DNA of 58,669 nt, counting the filler, from Squatina squatina (Eukaryota): assembly GCA_031763465.1 (NCBI GenBank). It is 4 parts of 4 records of this genome, joined end to end, with 100 filler letters (N's around TTAATTAATTAA, not from the genome) between each part and the next. Parts side by side here need not be neighbours in the genome. Positions count along the whole stretch, not along the records: positions 1 to 13,444 come from JARFOE010000115.1; positions 13,545 to 27,280 come from JARFOE010000120.1; 2 more parts are not named here. One strand, 5' to 3'. This document shows, in pieces, positions 11,755 to 23,127 of the stretch. Below the pieces are notes generated by a model. The model was not told where the DNA came from. It saw nothing but the letters and a program-made list of their open reading frames with translations, and did not search any database. The position numbers and the translations under genes are program-made. Positions within the stretch are counted from its first letter, which is position 1, and each line of letters starts with the position of its first letter.

Positions 11755-13444
11755 TTCTCAATTGTTTTCTGATGACAGATTAGCTCAGGCTGTTTTTAGA
11801 CTGCCGCCAAGTTCCTAGTATCTGCCGGTTACACGAGAAACAAGTCTAAAATGCTCAGCCACACCTTATTTAAAAGTTTCTGCTTCTCTCATTGGTGTTA
11901 TAGGTAGGTTCCTGGTTTGTAGAAACAGTATTGGCACCAATCAGAAATGAATTGCTGTGTCATTATTGTGCAGGTGTTAGATTACAGTTTCATTAATTTA
12001 CATAATGTTGTGGCTAGCTTTATTCTTGACTGCTTCGACAATTTTATTAGTTTGCCTGAATGAGATTTTCTCACCACAAGGTTAGATTTATGGTTAAGCA
12101 TTGGAGGTATTTTAAGTGTCAGCGAGAAACTGATAGTTTTTGAGTTTGTTTCTTGCCCATCCTCTGCAGTATGATTTTAACCGTCGGGCCTCTTTACCAT
12201 ACTTCCCACCTGGAACGGGCAGCAAGTGGGCAGGAAATGGCTCCCGGCCTCTGGATCTTGACCATCTGTTGGTAGTCAGATAAGTGTAGGGAAGGGGATT
12301 CCGGGGTTCTCTTGGTAAGGAAAGTGGGGAGTCCTAGACAGGGGAGATTGCGACTTTCCTTGTGTTTAAAAATTACCTTTTGTGGCCTCCTTCTTGCTGG
12401 CAAGTCCTGATTCGGTTTTCCTGGCGGTAAAGCCGTGGAGGCGTCCTCGCTCAGGCCTGAGTAAAAATGTTGTCAGGATACGATTGACGTCATTGAATCC
12501 CTATCAGCATATCTAAAGTGGTACCCCATTGGCTTTGGACATCAGTTCAGCCTAGGTAAGCGTGAGTAAAAGATAGCAGAATCCAGGTGGCTCAAGTGCA
12601 AGTCAGTAACCTGAGTAATTTTAACTGGCTCTTCTCTGCCTGGTTTTAAAATATCCCTCCAAACATAAAAAAAACCCTGACATGTTTGTCACCACTAGTA
12701 AAATGAAGAAACAGTTAGCACCCCAGTGTAGATTGTCACTCTCGGGTGTCTGGCCGGAGGAGGGAGTGGGCCAACCGCCCAGTCCGGCTGGTGGGATGCC
12801 TGGTCTATTTCGAGGGCCCAACCTTATTGCCATGCTGCATATCCTGAATGCCACTGTATTGAAAGGCCCAGAGGCCAACCCAGCCCGTAGGGGGTGTGGG
12901 GGCAGTGCGGGTGAATCAATCGCGGAGTGGGGCAGCTTTGGAAGCCACTCCTGTTCATTCTGGCCCCCAAAAAATCATTTTTCATTTACATTTTTGGGGC
13001 CTTTTCCTCTTGACCGCCAGGTTTTCCTGAGCACGGCATCCATGGCGCACACTTAATACAGTAGGGCCTCATAGCTGCATCCTGTGTGTGTCATCGGACC
13101 CTGATTTTAATGTATTCATGATTGTTCCCCCGTCTGCAGCAGACGCAGTGTAAATGCAACACATAGTTTTGCACAGAGCAATACAGACAAGGAGGCCTGG
13201 GTATTCTTTCTCCCACCAAATGTGCAGAGGGGAGGATCTTTGACCAGCTTACGTGATCCCAGCATAACCGTGTCTCATTTTCATGGCCATTTTCATGGGG
13301 CGGGGCTAATTTTCTGCACAAGGCGTGTTTGGAGCAGTCTGCTCACTCCTGACAGGCTTACTGCCACTGCCTTCCCCTGTCTGTAGTGTATAAAATGTTG
13401 CAACTGCTTATAGGGGCAGGTGACTTGAGTAAATCATTATCACA

Positions 13445-13544
13445 NNNNNNNNNNNNNNNNNNNNNNNNNNNNNNNNNNNNNNNNNNNNTTAATTAATTAA
13501 NNNNNNNNNNNNNNNNNNNNNNNNNNNNNNNNNNNNNNNNNNNN
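13445..13544. other. Artificial scaffold linker (44 N + TTAATTAATTAA + 44 N)
   Basis: 12-mer with stops in all six frames, centred in exactly 100 bp; occurs three times. Confidence 0.95.
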
Positions 13545-14610
13545 GACGGAATTACCACCTCGCTGCCACAGCAAAGCGCACCCAGGCCAATTAGCACATT
13601 ACTGCGGTTTGTGGCGGATTCAATAATTCCCCTCTCCTCTTCGAAAGGCAACAGATCGGCCTGGGCACAACAGGTGCCAGACGCATTGTGGAACATTGCC
13701 CAGGTGATCACTTTCCACAAAGACCTTAGATGCACAGTGAATGTCAGCGGGTCGGTCTTGCGTTCATCGGGGAGGGTGGGGGAGAATGGATCCTCATCTT
13801 GCCCTTATTCAGCATTCACTGGATAGCAAGCAACACGGAAACATAGGGTCAGGGGATGGGAAAAAAGGGAACATCCTGTCAACAGCAAGATGGAGGCAAC
13901 TGGATTTGAGCGAGGCAGGAGGGAAAGTGGCAGCAGATACCGCGAAAAGGGCCCCCTCCCTCCTGCCCCTCCAAATCTGGAGGGGGCAGTGAAACATAGA
14001 AAATAGGAGCAGGAGTAGGCCATTCAGCCTTTTGAGCCTGCTCGGCCATTCAATATGATCATGGCTGAACATCCAAATTCAGTACCTTGTGAAGGGGAGT
14101 GTGCAGGAACTCAACAACTTTCCATGCAGATAAAAGTGGCTCATTCCTTTTGCCCTTGGAGCCAGGCTCCATTTTATGTAGTTTCCACCCACCCCCACCG
14201 CCCTCAAAACATCCGCCAATCTTTGACGGATGGGCGGGGCCCGACGCCATCTGCTCCCACCGCCCAGCGGAGGTGTCACCAGGAAGGCTCTGAAGGACAC
14301 TGCACCCTATAGTGGCACTGCAGATAGTGCGGACTACTCAGCACGTTTGGATGCCCGGTGACAGGCAGTTTTCTTTAACCCAGTGGCGCCTACGCCAATG
14401 CGTCGTGCAGCTCCTGTGTAAGCACAATAGCAGGAGCAGCAATGTGTATCAATTGGCGATGCCACAGCAATCATCGGGACATGGAAGGTTGTACAGTCAG
14501 AGAGCAGGAGAGCCCCCTTTCTCTCCTGTCCCCTTCACCACATTCACAGCCAGCACTGGAAATGAGCGACACTTTGCAAAATGTAATAAGAGCAACAAGG
14601 AGACACATAC

Positions 14611-14719
14611 GTATTTCCATCCCAGCGTGGTTTTGCAGTTTTCACAGTAGATGTCCGCTACAGCGTGCAATCCCGTCAGCAGCACCCTCTCCTCAGCAGG
14701 GCCACAGCCCACATTCACC
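14611..14719 (-). CDS. YPEL1: Yippee-like 1, internal 109-nt exon
   Basis: gcag|[37 protein letters not shown]|gtatgt; second CxxC of the yippee Zn-binding domain. Confidence 0.93.
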
Positions 14720-14900
14720 CTGCACGGGGAAAGATCAGAGCCTTCAGTCTNNNNNNNNNNNNNNNNNNNNNNNNNNNNNNNNNNNNNNNNNNNNNNNNNN
14801 NNNNNNNNNNNNNNNNNNNNNNNNNNNNNNNNNNNNNNNNNNNNNNNNNNNNNNNNNNNNNNNNNNNNNNNNNNNNNNNNNNNNNNNNNNNNNNNNNNNN

Positions 14901-15016
14901 CACACATATCATACACACAGACACACACATCACACTACACACACATCACACTACACACACATACATCACACCACACACACACACACACACATCACACTGC
15001 AAACACACACACATCA
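14901..15016. repeat. Imperfect (CA)n microsatellite
   Basis: CA-rich low-complexity run between two gaps. Confidence 0.9.
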
Positions 15017-15903
15017 NNNNNNNNNNNNNNNNNNNNNNNNNNNNNNNNNNNNNNNNNNNNNNNNNNNNNNNNNNNNNNNNNNNNNNNNNNNNNNNNNNNN
15101 NNNNNNNNNNNNNNNNCCTGTCAATCACTGTCCAGCATTGGGATAAAAATAGATGCATTTCTGGGCAGTGAGAGGCTGGTATTTGTATTGGCCACCACTC
15201 TGTAATCAGTAATCCCATAAAAACAGAAGGAGCGGCACAGCAGGAAAGGCTGCAGCTGAATGGAAAGAGCCTTTCCCTCCTGGTACCACCTAAGCCCAAC
15301 TCCCTGTACCAACATTGCTGACTGCCTCTCCACGGCACGGCACCCCTCCCCACCCCAGGGGAGCCACAACACAACAGCAAGGTTCTCTACTCGCGGAGCA
15401 ATGAAATTACACCCATCTCATGCCTCAGAGCTGCCCCCAAACCCGACGCTCAGTCTCCCGCGGGAGGACTGCGCCGAGCCCCAGCCACCCTGAACGCGCG
15501 CCTTTCAAATTCCGTCCGGAATGGGCAGCATGTCAGCAGAGTCGAGCGCACTGGTAATCAGGAGCCTCCCAGACAGGCACAGACCCGGGAAGACCTAGCA
15601 GCTAACAGAACACCCTACCATCAGGCAGTACGTCACCAAGCATAGAAGCAAAAACGGCAAAGCTCCAGTGCTTCTACGATTCTCTTCTCCCTCCCATCCT
15701 CTCCCACCCACTCCGAGGGCAGCTACGTCCGCACAGACTGAAGTGNNNNNNNNNNCTTCAGACTTTCTATTTACCAACGGGGACACCTGGAGGATGGAGA
15801 TTGAATCGTGCCTCTGCGAGTCGGCAGCCCAACACCCTACTGAGAACGGTTTCAAACTGCTTAGAATAAAGCAAGTACCCCAACCCCGCCACTGAGGTCT
15901 TAC

Positions 15904-16020
15904 CTTGGAGATTAGCTCGTCGTGATTTGCGAGGTGAGCTCGACAGTGGATGCAGCTGTACGTCCGGTGGCAGTTTGGCAGGTAAGCCTGGAAGGTTTTC
16001 GACTTCGTCATCTTCACCAT
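15904..16020 (-). CDS. YPEL1: Yippee-like 1, first AUG-coding exon (whole exon 15904-16189)
   Basis: [39 protein letters not shown]|gtaaga. K6 and N16 fit YPEL1 rather than YPEL2. Acceptor ttgcag| at 16189. Adjacent to MAPK1, as in amniotes. Confidence 0.93.
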
Positions 16021-16481
16021 TTCCAACGGGTGTTCTTCGCTGCTGAGCTCGGGGCTGGCAGTCGAAGAGTTACAGGCCTGGTGCACTCTCTGACAGAAGA
16101 AACACTGGAAAACGCAAGCAAAAGCCGTCGTTGTACTGGAGTGTGTGTGGCCTTCTCCACACAGACACCACGAGGGGAACTGTCAGAACCTGCAACGGGA
16201 AACCCAGAAACGTCACATTAGCGCAGACGAAAAAGACACAGAAACACGCATCGGGTAAAGTAGAAACTCGCGCCCCAGGGTAACCGTGTATCCAGTGCAG
16301 GGGAGTGAAAATACCCTTACCTAACAAAATTTTAACGGGTTTTGGAACCAAGGCAGGTAAATGGAGTTAAGATACAGATCANNNNNNNNNNNNNNNNNNN
16401 NNNNNNNNNNNNNNNNNNNNNNNNNNNNNNNNNNNNNNNNNNNNNNNNNNNNNNNNNNNNNNNNNNNNNNNNNNNNNNNNN

Positions 16482-16675
16482 TCGCCCCATCATTAGCGAC
16501 GGTGCCTTCAGCTGTCAAGGCCCCAGGCTCTGGAAATCCCTCCCTAAACTTCTCTCCTCCTTTAAGACTATCCTTGAAACTACCTCCATCCGCTCTAATA
16601 ACTCCTGATGTGACTCAGTGTCAAATGTTTTTTGATAATGCTGCTGTGAAGCGCCTTGGGACATTTTACAAGTTG
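16482..16675 (+). mobile_element. L2-clade LINE 3' end fragment
   Basis: GTGCCTTCAGCTGTCAAGGCCCCAGGCTCTGGAA (RAFS..AP.LWN-like), then a GTGAAGCGCCTTGGGACATT tail. Confidence 0.7.
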
Positions 16676-16679
16676 TTGT

Positions 16680-16880
16680 CCATGTTAAACCGACAGCTCT
16701 GTAGTTACCTGGTTTCTCTTTCCCCCTCTTCTTAAACATGAGGGTGATATTTGCAATTTTCCAATCCAAAAGGTACAATTCCTGAATCTAGAGCTTTGGA
16801 AAATGACTAACACACCTGTAATTTCCTCACCTATTTCTTTGAATACGCTGGGGTGGGAACCATTAAGTCCTGGAGTTAGG
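16680..16880 (-). mobile_element. CR1 ORF2 fragment (region upstream of the RT)
   Basis: DWKIANITLMFKKRGKEKPGNYRAVGLT, corresponding to the CR1 WKxANVTPLFKKG..PGNYRPVSLT motif. Confidence 0.85.
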
Positions 16881-18049
16881 TCAACCTGAAGTCAAAATTT
16901 AAAAACATCCATTGCAACTACTAGAGATTCTGGAACAAAAAGACTTTCTAAAAAAAAAAGCACTGCTGGGTACTTCAGTCTTCTTTCTAGTCCTCTTCAG
17001 CTAGAAAGGATTGCGCTACATAAATAATTTTCTGTGAAAACAATGTGCATTTAGGGCAAATTGGCTCTCCCATGATGATTTTTCTAAACATTTTTCCTAC
17101 TAGACGTTACTTGAATTATATAAATGTTTTGGCCCATCTGTTGTTTGGCAGTGATTTAGGGCTTTACAATGCCAAACAAACCCTGCTGGGGGTACAGTGA
17201 TTAGGAAACAGCTTAAAAACAAATGATAATCACGATAGTCCTTGTTTTGTTTCTTGGATAGTATTTTAGGGACGTTTGCATTATTTTTAAACTGTTCAGC
17301 CCTCATTTAAATTTGGGCAACATTAAATTATGCCACATTCATTTTCGGATGCTGGTAGAATCTGAAACGTGCTCCCGAAAACACTGGTTAAAGATTGAAT
17401 GGTCACCCTAAAATGGGCATTATTTATTGCCCATTTTTAAAAATGTAAGCCAGAAATCATTACCACAAAGGTATCATAAAATTGCCACTTGTACCCAGGT
17501 TTAAATGTCACCATCAACAACATCCGACTTGGCTTTCTCGAGTTGACAAGCTCCAATTGGCATATGCAGAGTAAGTCAATGTTGCAGGGGGTCCTACAGA
17601 ATCAAACAAGTCAAATGGAGACAGGAGAGCCTAGTTAGCAGGGAGGAAGGGGGCAGGAGATTGGGAAAAGTCTTCCGCGAGGAGCCCCTGTCCTCCTAGT
17701 CCAATGGCAACATGGATACAAAGTGGATTGCAAACAAAGGGATCTTCGATAAACTTGAAATTCCACCGACACTCTTCGCAATGGAATAAGTAATCACTTG
17801 AGCAAGTATAATTGCAGCAACAACGTCCACTGTGCAAAATGAGACCCAGATGGCATAGATGACAAGTAGGGTTTGGGTCCCTTGGCACATTCCCAATTAA
17901 GATGCAGCTTCCCGGCGTAGAACAAATAAATGCAGTTCTTCCTCCCACCGCAAATCCAAGGTAAAGAGTTTGCACAAAAATGCAAATACATACGCAAACG
18001 GGTCTATACGCAGACAGAAGCGCCCAGCTGGCTGGCACCGACTCTTTAC

Positions 18050-18425
18050 GCAGACTCCTGCAAATCTGGATTGTCCAACCAGGAAGCCAATGACGTCAGG
18101 CTGCTGAGTGATGGACAGGTCGGGAGCCCGGAGACTCGGGCTCTGGGAAGCAGCATTAAAGCGGCGGCAGAGCGCTTCGCAGCACTCGGGATAGCCGTTT
18201 CCCCGCGGCTTGGGGAGTGAGGAGGAGGAAATCGCGCAGGTCCTCAGAGCGCCCGCGAGCAGCCTCTTCAATCGCGAGCCCCGGCCGGCCAGCCAATCAG
18301 CGCGCAGCGGCGCGCAACTTCCCACGTCAATTAAAGCCGGGCGGCCAATCAGCGCAGGCGGCGCGCCGTCAATCATCGCTACAGCTGATTCCCGGGGCCG
18401 GACATCACTTCCGTGTAAACAGCAG
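18050..18425. promoter_or_regulatory. CpG-island promoter-like region upstream of the YPEL1 coding exon
   Basis: CpG-rich; CCAAT 18087 overlapping a full CRE TGACGTCA 18091-18098; CCAAT 18293 and 18345; ETS ACTTCCG 18407; forkhead GTAAACA 18415. Confidence 0.65.
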
Positions 18426-20205
18426 CGAGCGGGGAGGCAGCAGGACGATATTGCACACCTCAAAATGCAGCCAGCATTACATGAACTAATTGCACATATG
18501 TAATTGTCAAAAGTCAAGTTTGCAACTTCAGGGCAACCAAATACACAGTTGGCCACTGAAGCTAAATCTGGCCAGTGTATAGCTGACTCAATTTCAAGTT
18601 AGCTAATTCAAATGATTGGATAATTATATATTGTGCAAACAAATGACTTCAAATTATCAAGAAAAGGCTGTAAACAGGATTGAATCTGCAATGAGAATTT
18701 AGTACTTGACAGAACTGCCGCGAATGCACTTGAAGCCAGTGATCGTTTTCAACATATCTGCCATTCACTCTCAGGCCACAGGTGCTTGTGGCACAGAATT
18801 TGTTTAGATCAGGTAATTTACATTATTGATGAGTGTCATCAGCAGTAGGAATAAGAAAGTATTCCTTCCATCAACTGCACTTTTTACTATGAAGGACACG
18901 ACATCCACAATACCAACAGCTCATACTTTCCTACCTGCCGTTGGATTCCACACCCTCCTGTGCATCTGCGTGTGCCAGTAGCCTATTTAAAATTGTTATT
19001 TTCTACTGTATTTTCTCAGGGTTTCATTAACCATGAGCAGAGCAATAACAATGTTCACAAAACTTCTGAAACATTGGATTTTTATTCTCAGATCTGCTCT
19101 AAGCTTGAGCTGAGGAATAGCAAAATGCAGTAAGTCACTTTAGAAAATGAACTTTACTGGGCATACCCAGACAGCACGTAAGATAAATCGGAGCGTGTAA
19201 TAGAGATTGCAAGTCTCCATTGGAGGACGATGGTCTTGATGGCCCAGTCCANNNNNNNNNNNNNNNNNNNNNNNNNNNNNNNNNNNNNNNNNNNNNNNNN
19301 NNNNNNNNNNNNNNNNNNNNNNNNNNNNNNNNNNNNNNNNNNNNNNNNNNNNNNNNNNNNNNNNNNNNNNNNNNNNNNNNNNNNNNNNNNNNNNNNNNNN
19401 NNNNNNNNNNNNNNNNNNNNNNNNNNNNNNNNNNNNNNNNNNNNNNNNNNNNNNNNNNNNNNNNNNNNNNNNNNNNNNNNNNNNNNNNNNNNNNNNNNNN
19501 NNNNNNNNNNNNNNNNNNNNNNNNNNNNNNNNNNNNNNNNNNNNNNNNNNNNNNNNNNNNNNNNNNNNNNNNNNNNNNNNNNNNNNNNNNNNNNNNNNNN
19601 NNNNNNNNNNNNNNNNNNNNNNNNNNNNNNNNNNNNNNNNNNNNNNNNNNNNNNNNNNNNNNNNNNNNNNNNNNNNNNNNNNNNNNNNNNNNNNNNNNNN
19701 NNNNNNNNNNNNNNNNNNNNNNNNNNNNNNNNNNNNNNNNNNNNNNNNNNNNNNNNNNNNNNNNNNNNNNNNNNNNNNNNNNNNNNNNNNNNNNNNNNNN
19801 NNNNNNNNNNNNNNNNNNNNNNNNNNNNNNNNNNNNNNNNNNNNNNNNNNNNNNNNNNNNNNNNNNNNNNNNNNNNNNNNNNNNNNNNNNNNNNNNNNNN
19901 NNNNNNNNNNNNNNNNNNNNNNNNNNNNNNNNNNNNNNNNNNNNNNNNNNNNNNNNNNNNNNNNNNNNNNNNNNNNNNNNNNNNNNNNNNNNNNNNNNNN
20001 NNNNNNNNNNNNNNNNNNNNNNNNNNNNNNNNNNNNNNNNNNNNNNNNNNNNNNNNNNNNNNNNNNNNNNNNNNNNNNNNNNNNNNNNNNNNNNNNNNNN
20101 NNNNNNNNNNNNNNNNNNNNNNNNNNNNNNNNNNNNNNNNNNNNNNNNNNNNNNNNNNNNNNNNNNNNNNNNNNNNNNNNNNNNNNNNNNNNNNNNNNNN
20201 NNNNN

Positions 20206-20600
20206 GTCTCGGGTTGCTCCTCTCCCGGTGTCCGGGCTCCGGGTTGCTCCTCTCCGGGCTCCCGGTCCCCGGTCCCTGTTGTGATTGCGCCTCTCGCGTC
20301 CCCGCGCCGCCAATGGGAACCGAGCGGCGCCGAATGTTTGTGTTTGAAGCGGGAGCGAGAGCACGTGGGGTGGGGGAGAGCGCGCGCCACACGAGCACGC
20401 GCGACCGTTAGCAGCCAGTCAGCGAGCGAGTGAGTGCGCGCGCCGCTTTGATTCATAAAGAAAGAGAGGGGCGCGCGACCAGCCCAGGCCGCCTGCGCGG
20501 AGAGAGAGCGCGCCTCGCACTTGGATACAAACAATAACAAGGGCGCGCGCACACACGTGGCGCTCGGTGCGGGGTCGGGGGGGCAACAGGGTTATCCCTC
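20206..20600 (-). promoter_or_regulatory. Second CpG island, probable YPEL1 exon 1/promoter
   Basis: Very GC/CpG-rich with CGCGCG runs, CCAAT, and TGTTTGTGTTTG and AAACAATAACAA forkhead/SOX-like motifs; lies 5' of YPEL1 and borders a 954-N gap. Confidence 0.55.
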
Positions 20601-21299
20601 CCAGCAGCGCATCTACAGGGGTAGGGGGGAATGGGTTCTTCCCATTTGTTGATCATTTGGACTGAAAATACCCCCCAAACGTTACTATTTACTCCCACAA
20701 ACGTGCAATGGGGAATTCTATTTGAAAGAAAGACTTGCATTTATATAGCGCTTTTCACATCCTCCGGNNNNNNNNNNNNNNNNNNNNNNNNNNNNNNNNN
20801 NNNNNNNNNNNNNNNNNNNNNNNNNNNNNNNNNNNNNNNNNNNNNNNNNNNNNNNNNNNNNNNNNNNTAGGGAGGCAGATGTCGCTGGCAATGACAGGTT
20901 CAACCTGGTGGCCGTCCCCCACACAGGGCGGCCAATATGTTTCCCCGCACGTGAACTGGTGTGCCGGCCCGGTGGCCTGGTCAGCGGCTTCCCTGATGGC
21001 CCAGTGATGGCCACCAAGGTTCTGTGGTGTCGGTCGGAGGCCCTCCCTTTTAAAGAGGGGATGAGGCCACGGTAACATCAGTGCGCTGGCCTCTGCAGCA
21101 TGGCACTTACATTATCAGCGCCACGCTGCTGATGCTCTCGACGCAGCGCTGCCTCAGCGACAAGTCATCGCACTGGCCGAATTGTGCGTCAGTCAGATGA
21201 GTTCCACGCTGGCAGCCGTTGCTCTGGGACCGGCTATAAAAAACCGTGCCCCAGAGCCTTACCACTGCTGGCGCCGCGCAATCTAATTGGGCCCCTTTA

Positions 21300-21750
21300 A
21301 GGTTTTGGGCAAGAGATACGGGGGGATGTGAGGACGAACTTTTTAATGCAGCGAGTGGTAATGACCTGGAACTCGCTGCCTACGAGGGTGGTGGAAGCAG
21401 AGNNNNNNNNNNNNNNNNNNNNNNNNNNNNNNNNNNNNNNNNNNNNNNNNNNNNNNNNNNNNNNNNNNNNNNNNNNNNNNNNNNNNNNNNNNNNNNNNNN
21501 NNGGCAGAAAACTAGGGGGCACAGATCCAATTAGTAAAAGGTAGCTTTCGGATTGTATCAGGAAAACATTCTTTACACACAGAGTGATCAATGTGTGAAT
21601 AGGGTTATACATAAAGTAGAGGAGGCAAAACCCCCAAACGATTTAAAAACTACAGGATGCTACGAGGGGTGGGGGTTGTTCGGATCTCTCTGGATAGATG
21701 AATTAAGACAGGCTGAATGGCCAGCCTCATCTTTATTTATTCTGTGACCT
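21300..21750 (+). mobile_element. Two CR1 3' fragments flanking a gap
   Basis: RTNFLMQRVVMTWNSLPTRVVEA (CR1 ORF2 end) and a second copy ending GGCTGAATGGCC. Confidence 0.75.
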
Positions 21751-22004
21751 TGTATCTCAATTACTATTAGTTACCCCATGCTGCAAAAAAAAAAAAATCC
21801 ATCTTCATACTACGATAAACTACAAGATACTGGTTAGAAAAGCAGTAGTCTAGTAGTAGGATGACAGCAGTCACTTTTTAGTATTAAAGTATTCATCTTG
21901 GTTTTTTCCTTTTTTAAAGCAAAACCGCAACTACAAGCCTTGAGTTTGAACAGGAAATGCACTAAGGCTTTTAGGTTGTTTGCTACTTCCTTTGTTAATG
22001 ATAG

Positions 22005-22121
22005 ATCTTTAAGCCAGGATGTTACTAACACTGTTTTAATCTTTAAATCAGGACATTAATAACACTATTTTAATCTTTAAACCAGGATGTTACGAACATT
22101 GTTTTAATCTTTAAACCAGGA
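22005..22121. repeat. 34-bp tandem repeat, about 3.4 copies
   Basis: Unit ATCTTTAAACCAGGATGTTACTAACACTGTTTTA starting at 22005, 22039, 22073 and 22107. Confidence 0.9.
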
Positions 22122-23127
22122 AATTAAAAAAATACTGTTTTCTACTTAAGAAAATATAACCATTTTAGAATTCCAGTTATAATGATTTTTTGTAAAGCAT
22201 CTTTGCCATTTCCCAAAAGAACATATTTAGTCATTTTTCTTAAACCTAAAAGGAAATCACATCGCATGCCGTTCTTATTAGCACTTATCTAAAACCTGAC
22301 CATCTTTACACTCGCATAATCTTTCAATCATGTCTTCTTACCATTCAAAAAAACTAAATATTTTCCACCAACCTCATTTAGCAGAAAACTTCTAGCAAGT
22401 TTTGTGATCTATGAGCAAGACATGCATTTACATACTATATTAGATGAGGGTTGGGAAACCTCTAGTCAAAGTCCATATAGTAAATTATAGACTAACAGAT
22501 GGGCTACACAGTCTCGTATAGGCATGAACACAACTGAGATGTTCACACTGCACTGTTAACAGGCAGTCCATCTGCTGTTAAGAAGGGTTCTGTGATAGCA
22601 GTGTTCTATAGGTGACCAAGCAATTTCGCCACAGGGTGATAAAAGCAGATAAACATCCACAGTACTCCAGCTCAGCCATGCTGCCAAGGAAAGGCACCAA
22701 GCAGAGGCCAAATACTTGCTTAAAAAGAGAGGAGAAAAACAAAACACTTCAGAGTGTTTGAAAAGAGAGATGAAAGCAGATGTGAACACAATGGCACGGC
22801 AGGCAGGCAGATGGCTCCGGGCTGTGACACTCCTCCCCCATATTCACTGTCACCAGCAAGAACATTCTCACAAACCTCATTCAGCCGGCACTAAATGTAT
22901 CGAGTCAATCCGGCACCAAACACCGCGGCAAATTCTACTGCTCCCCCGATTAGAACCCGTTGTTNNNNNNNNNNNNNNNNNNNNNNNNNNNNNNNNNNNN
23001 NNNNNNNNNNNNNNNNNNNNNNNNNNNNNNNNNNNNNNNNNNNNNNNNNNNNNNNNNNNNNNNNAAGGGAAAGATCAGTGATTGGGTGGAAGGCAGAAGA
23101 GATTAAGAGATGATGCAAGGCAATCAG

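Noticed and set aside
13489-13500. TTAATTAATTAA as a biological motif
   Set aside because: Always centred in a 100-bp N block; it is a synthetic linker.
17631-18556. ORFs of 135 and 219 aa over the CpG island
   Set aside because: Typical stop-poor GC-rich frames with no recognisable domain.
19135-20552. Long ORFs of 350-470 aa (also 47819-49039 and 49714-50267)
   Set aside because: They consist mostly of N-gap X residues and are artefacts of the ORF caller.
22005-22121. 34-bp periodic repeat as a possible CRISPR array
   Set aside because: Head-to-tail tandem copies with no unique spacers, in a vertebrate context.
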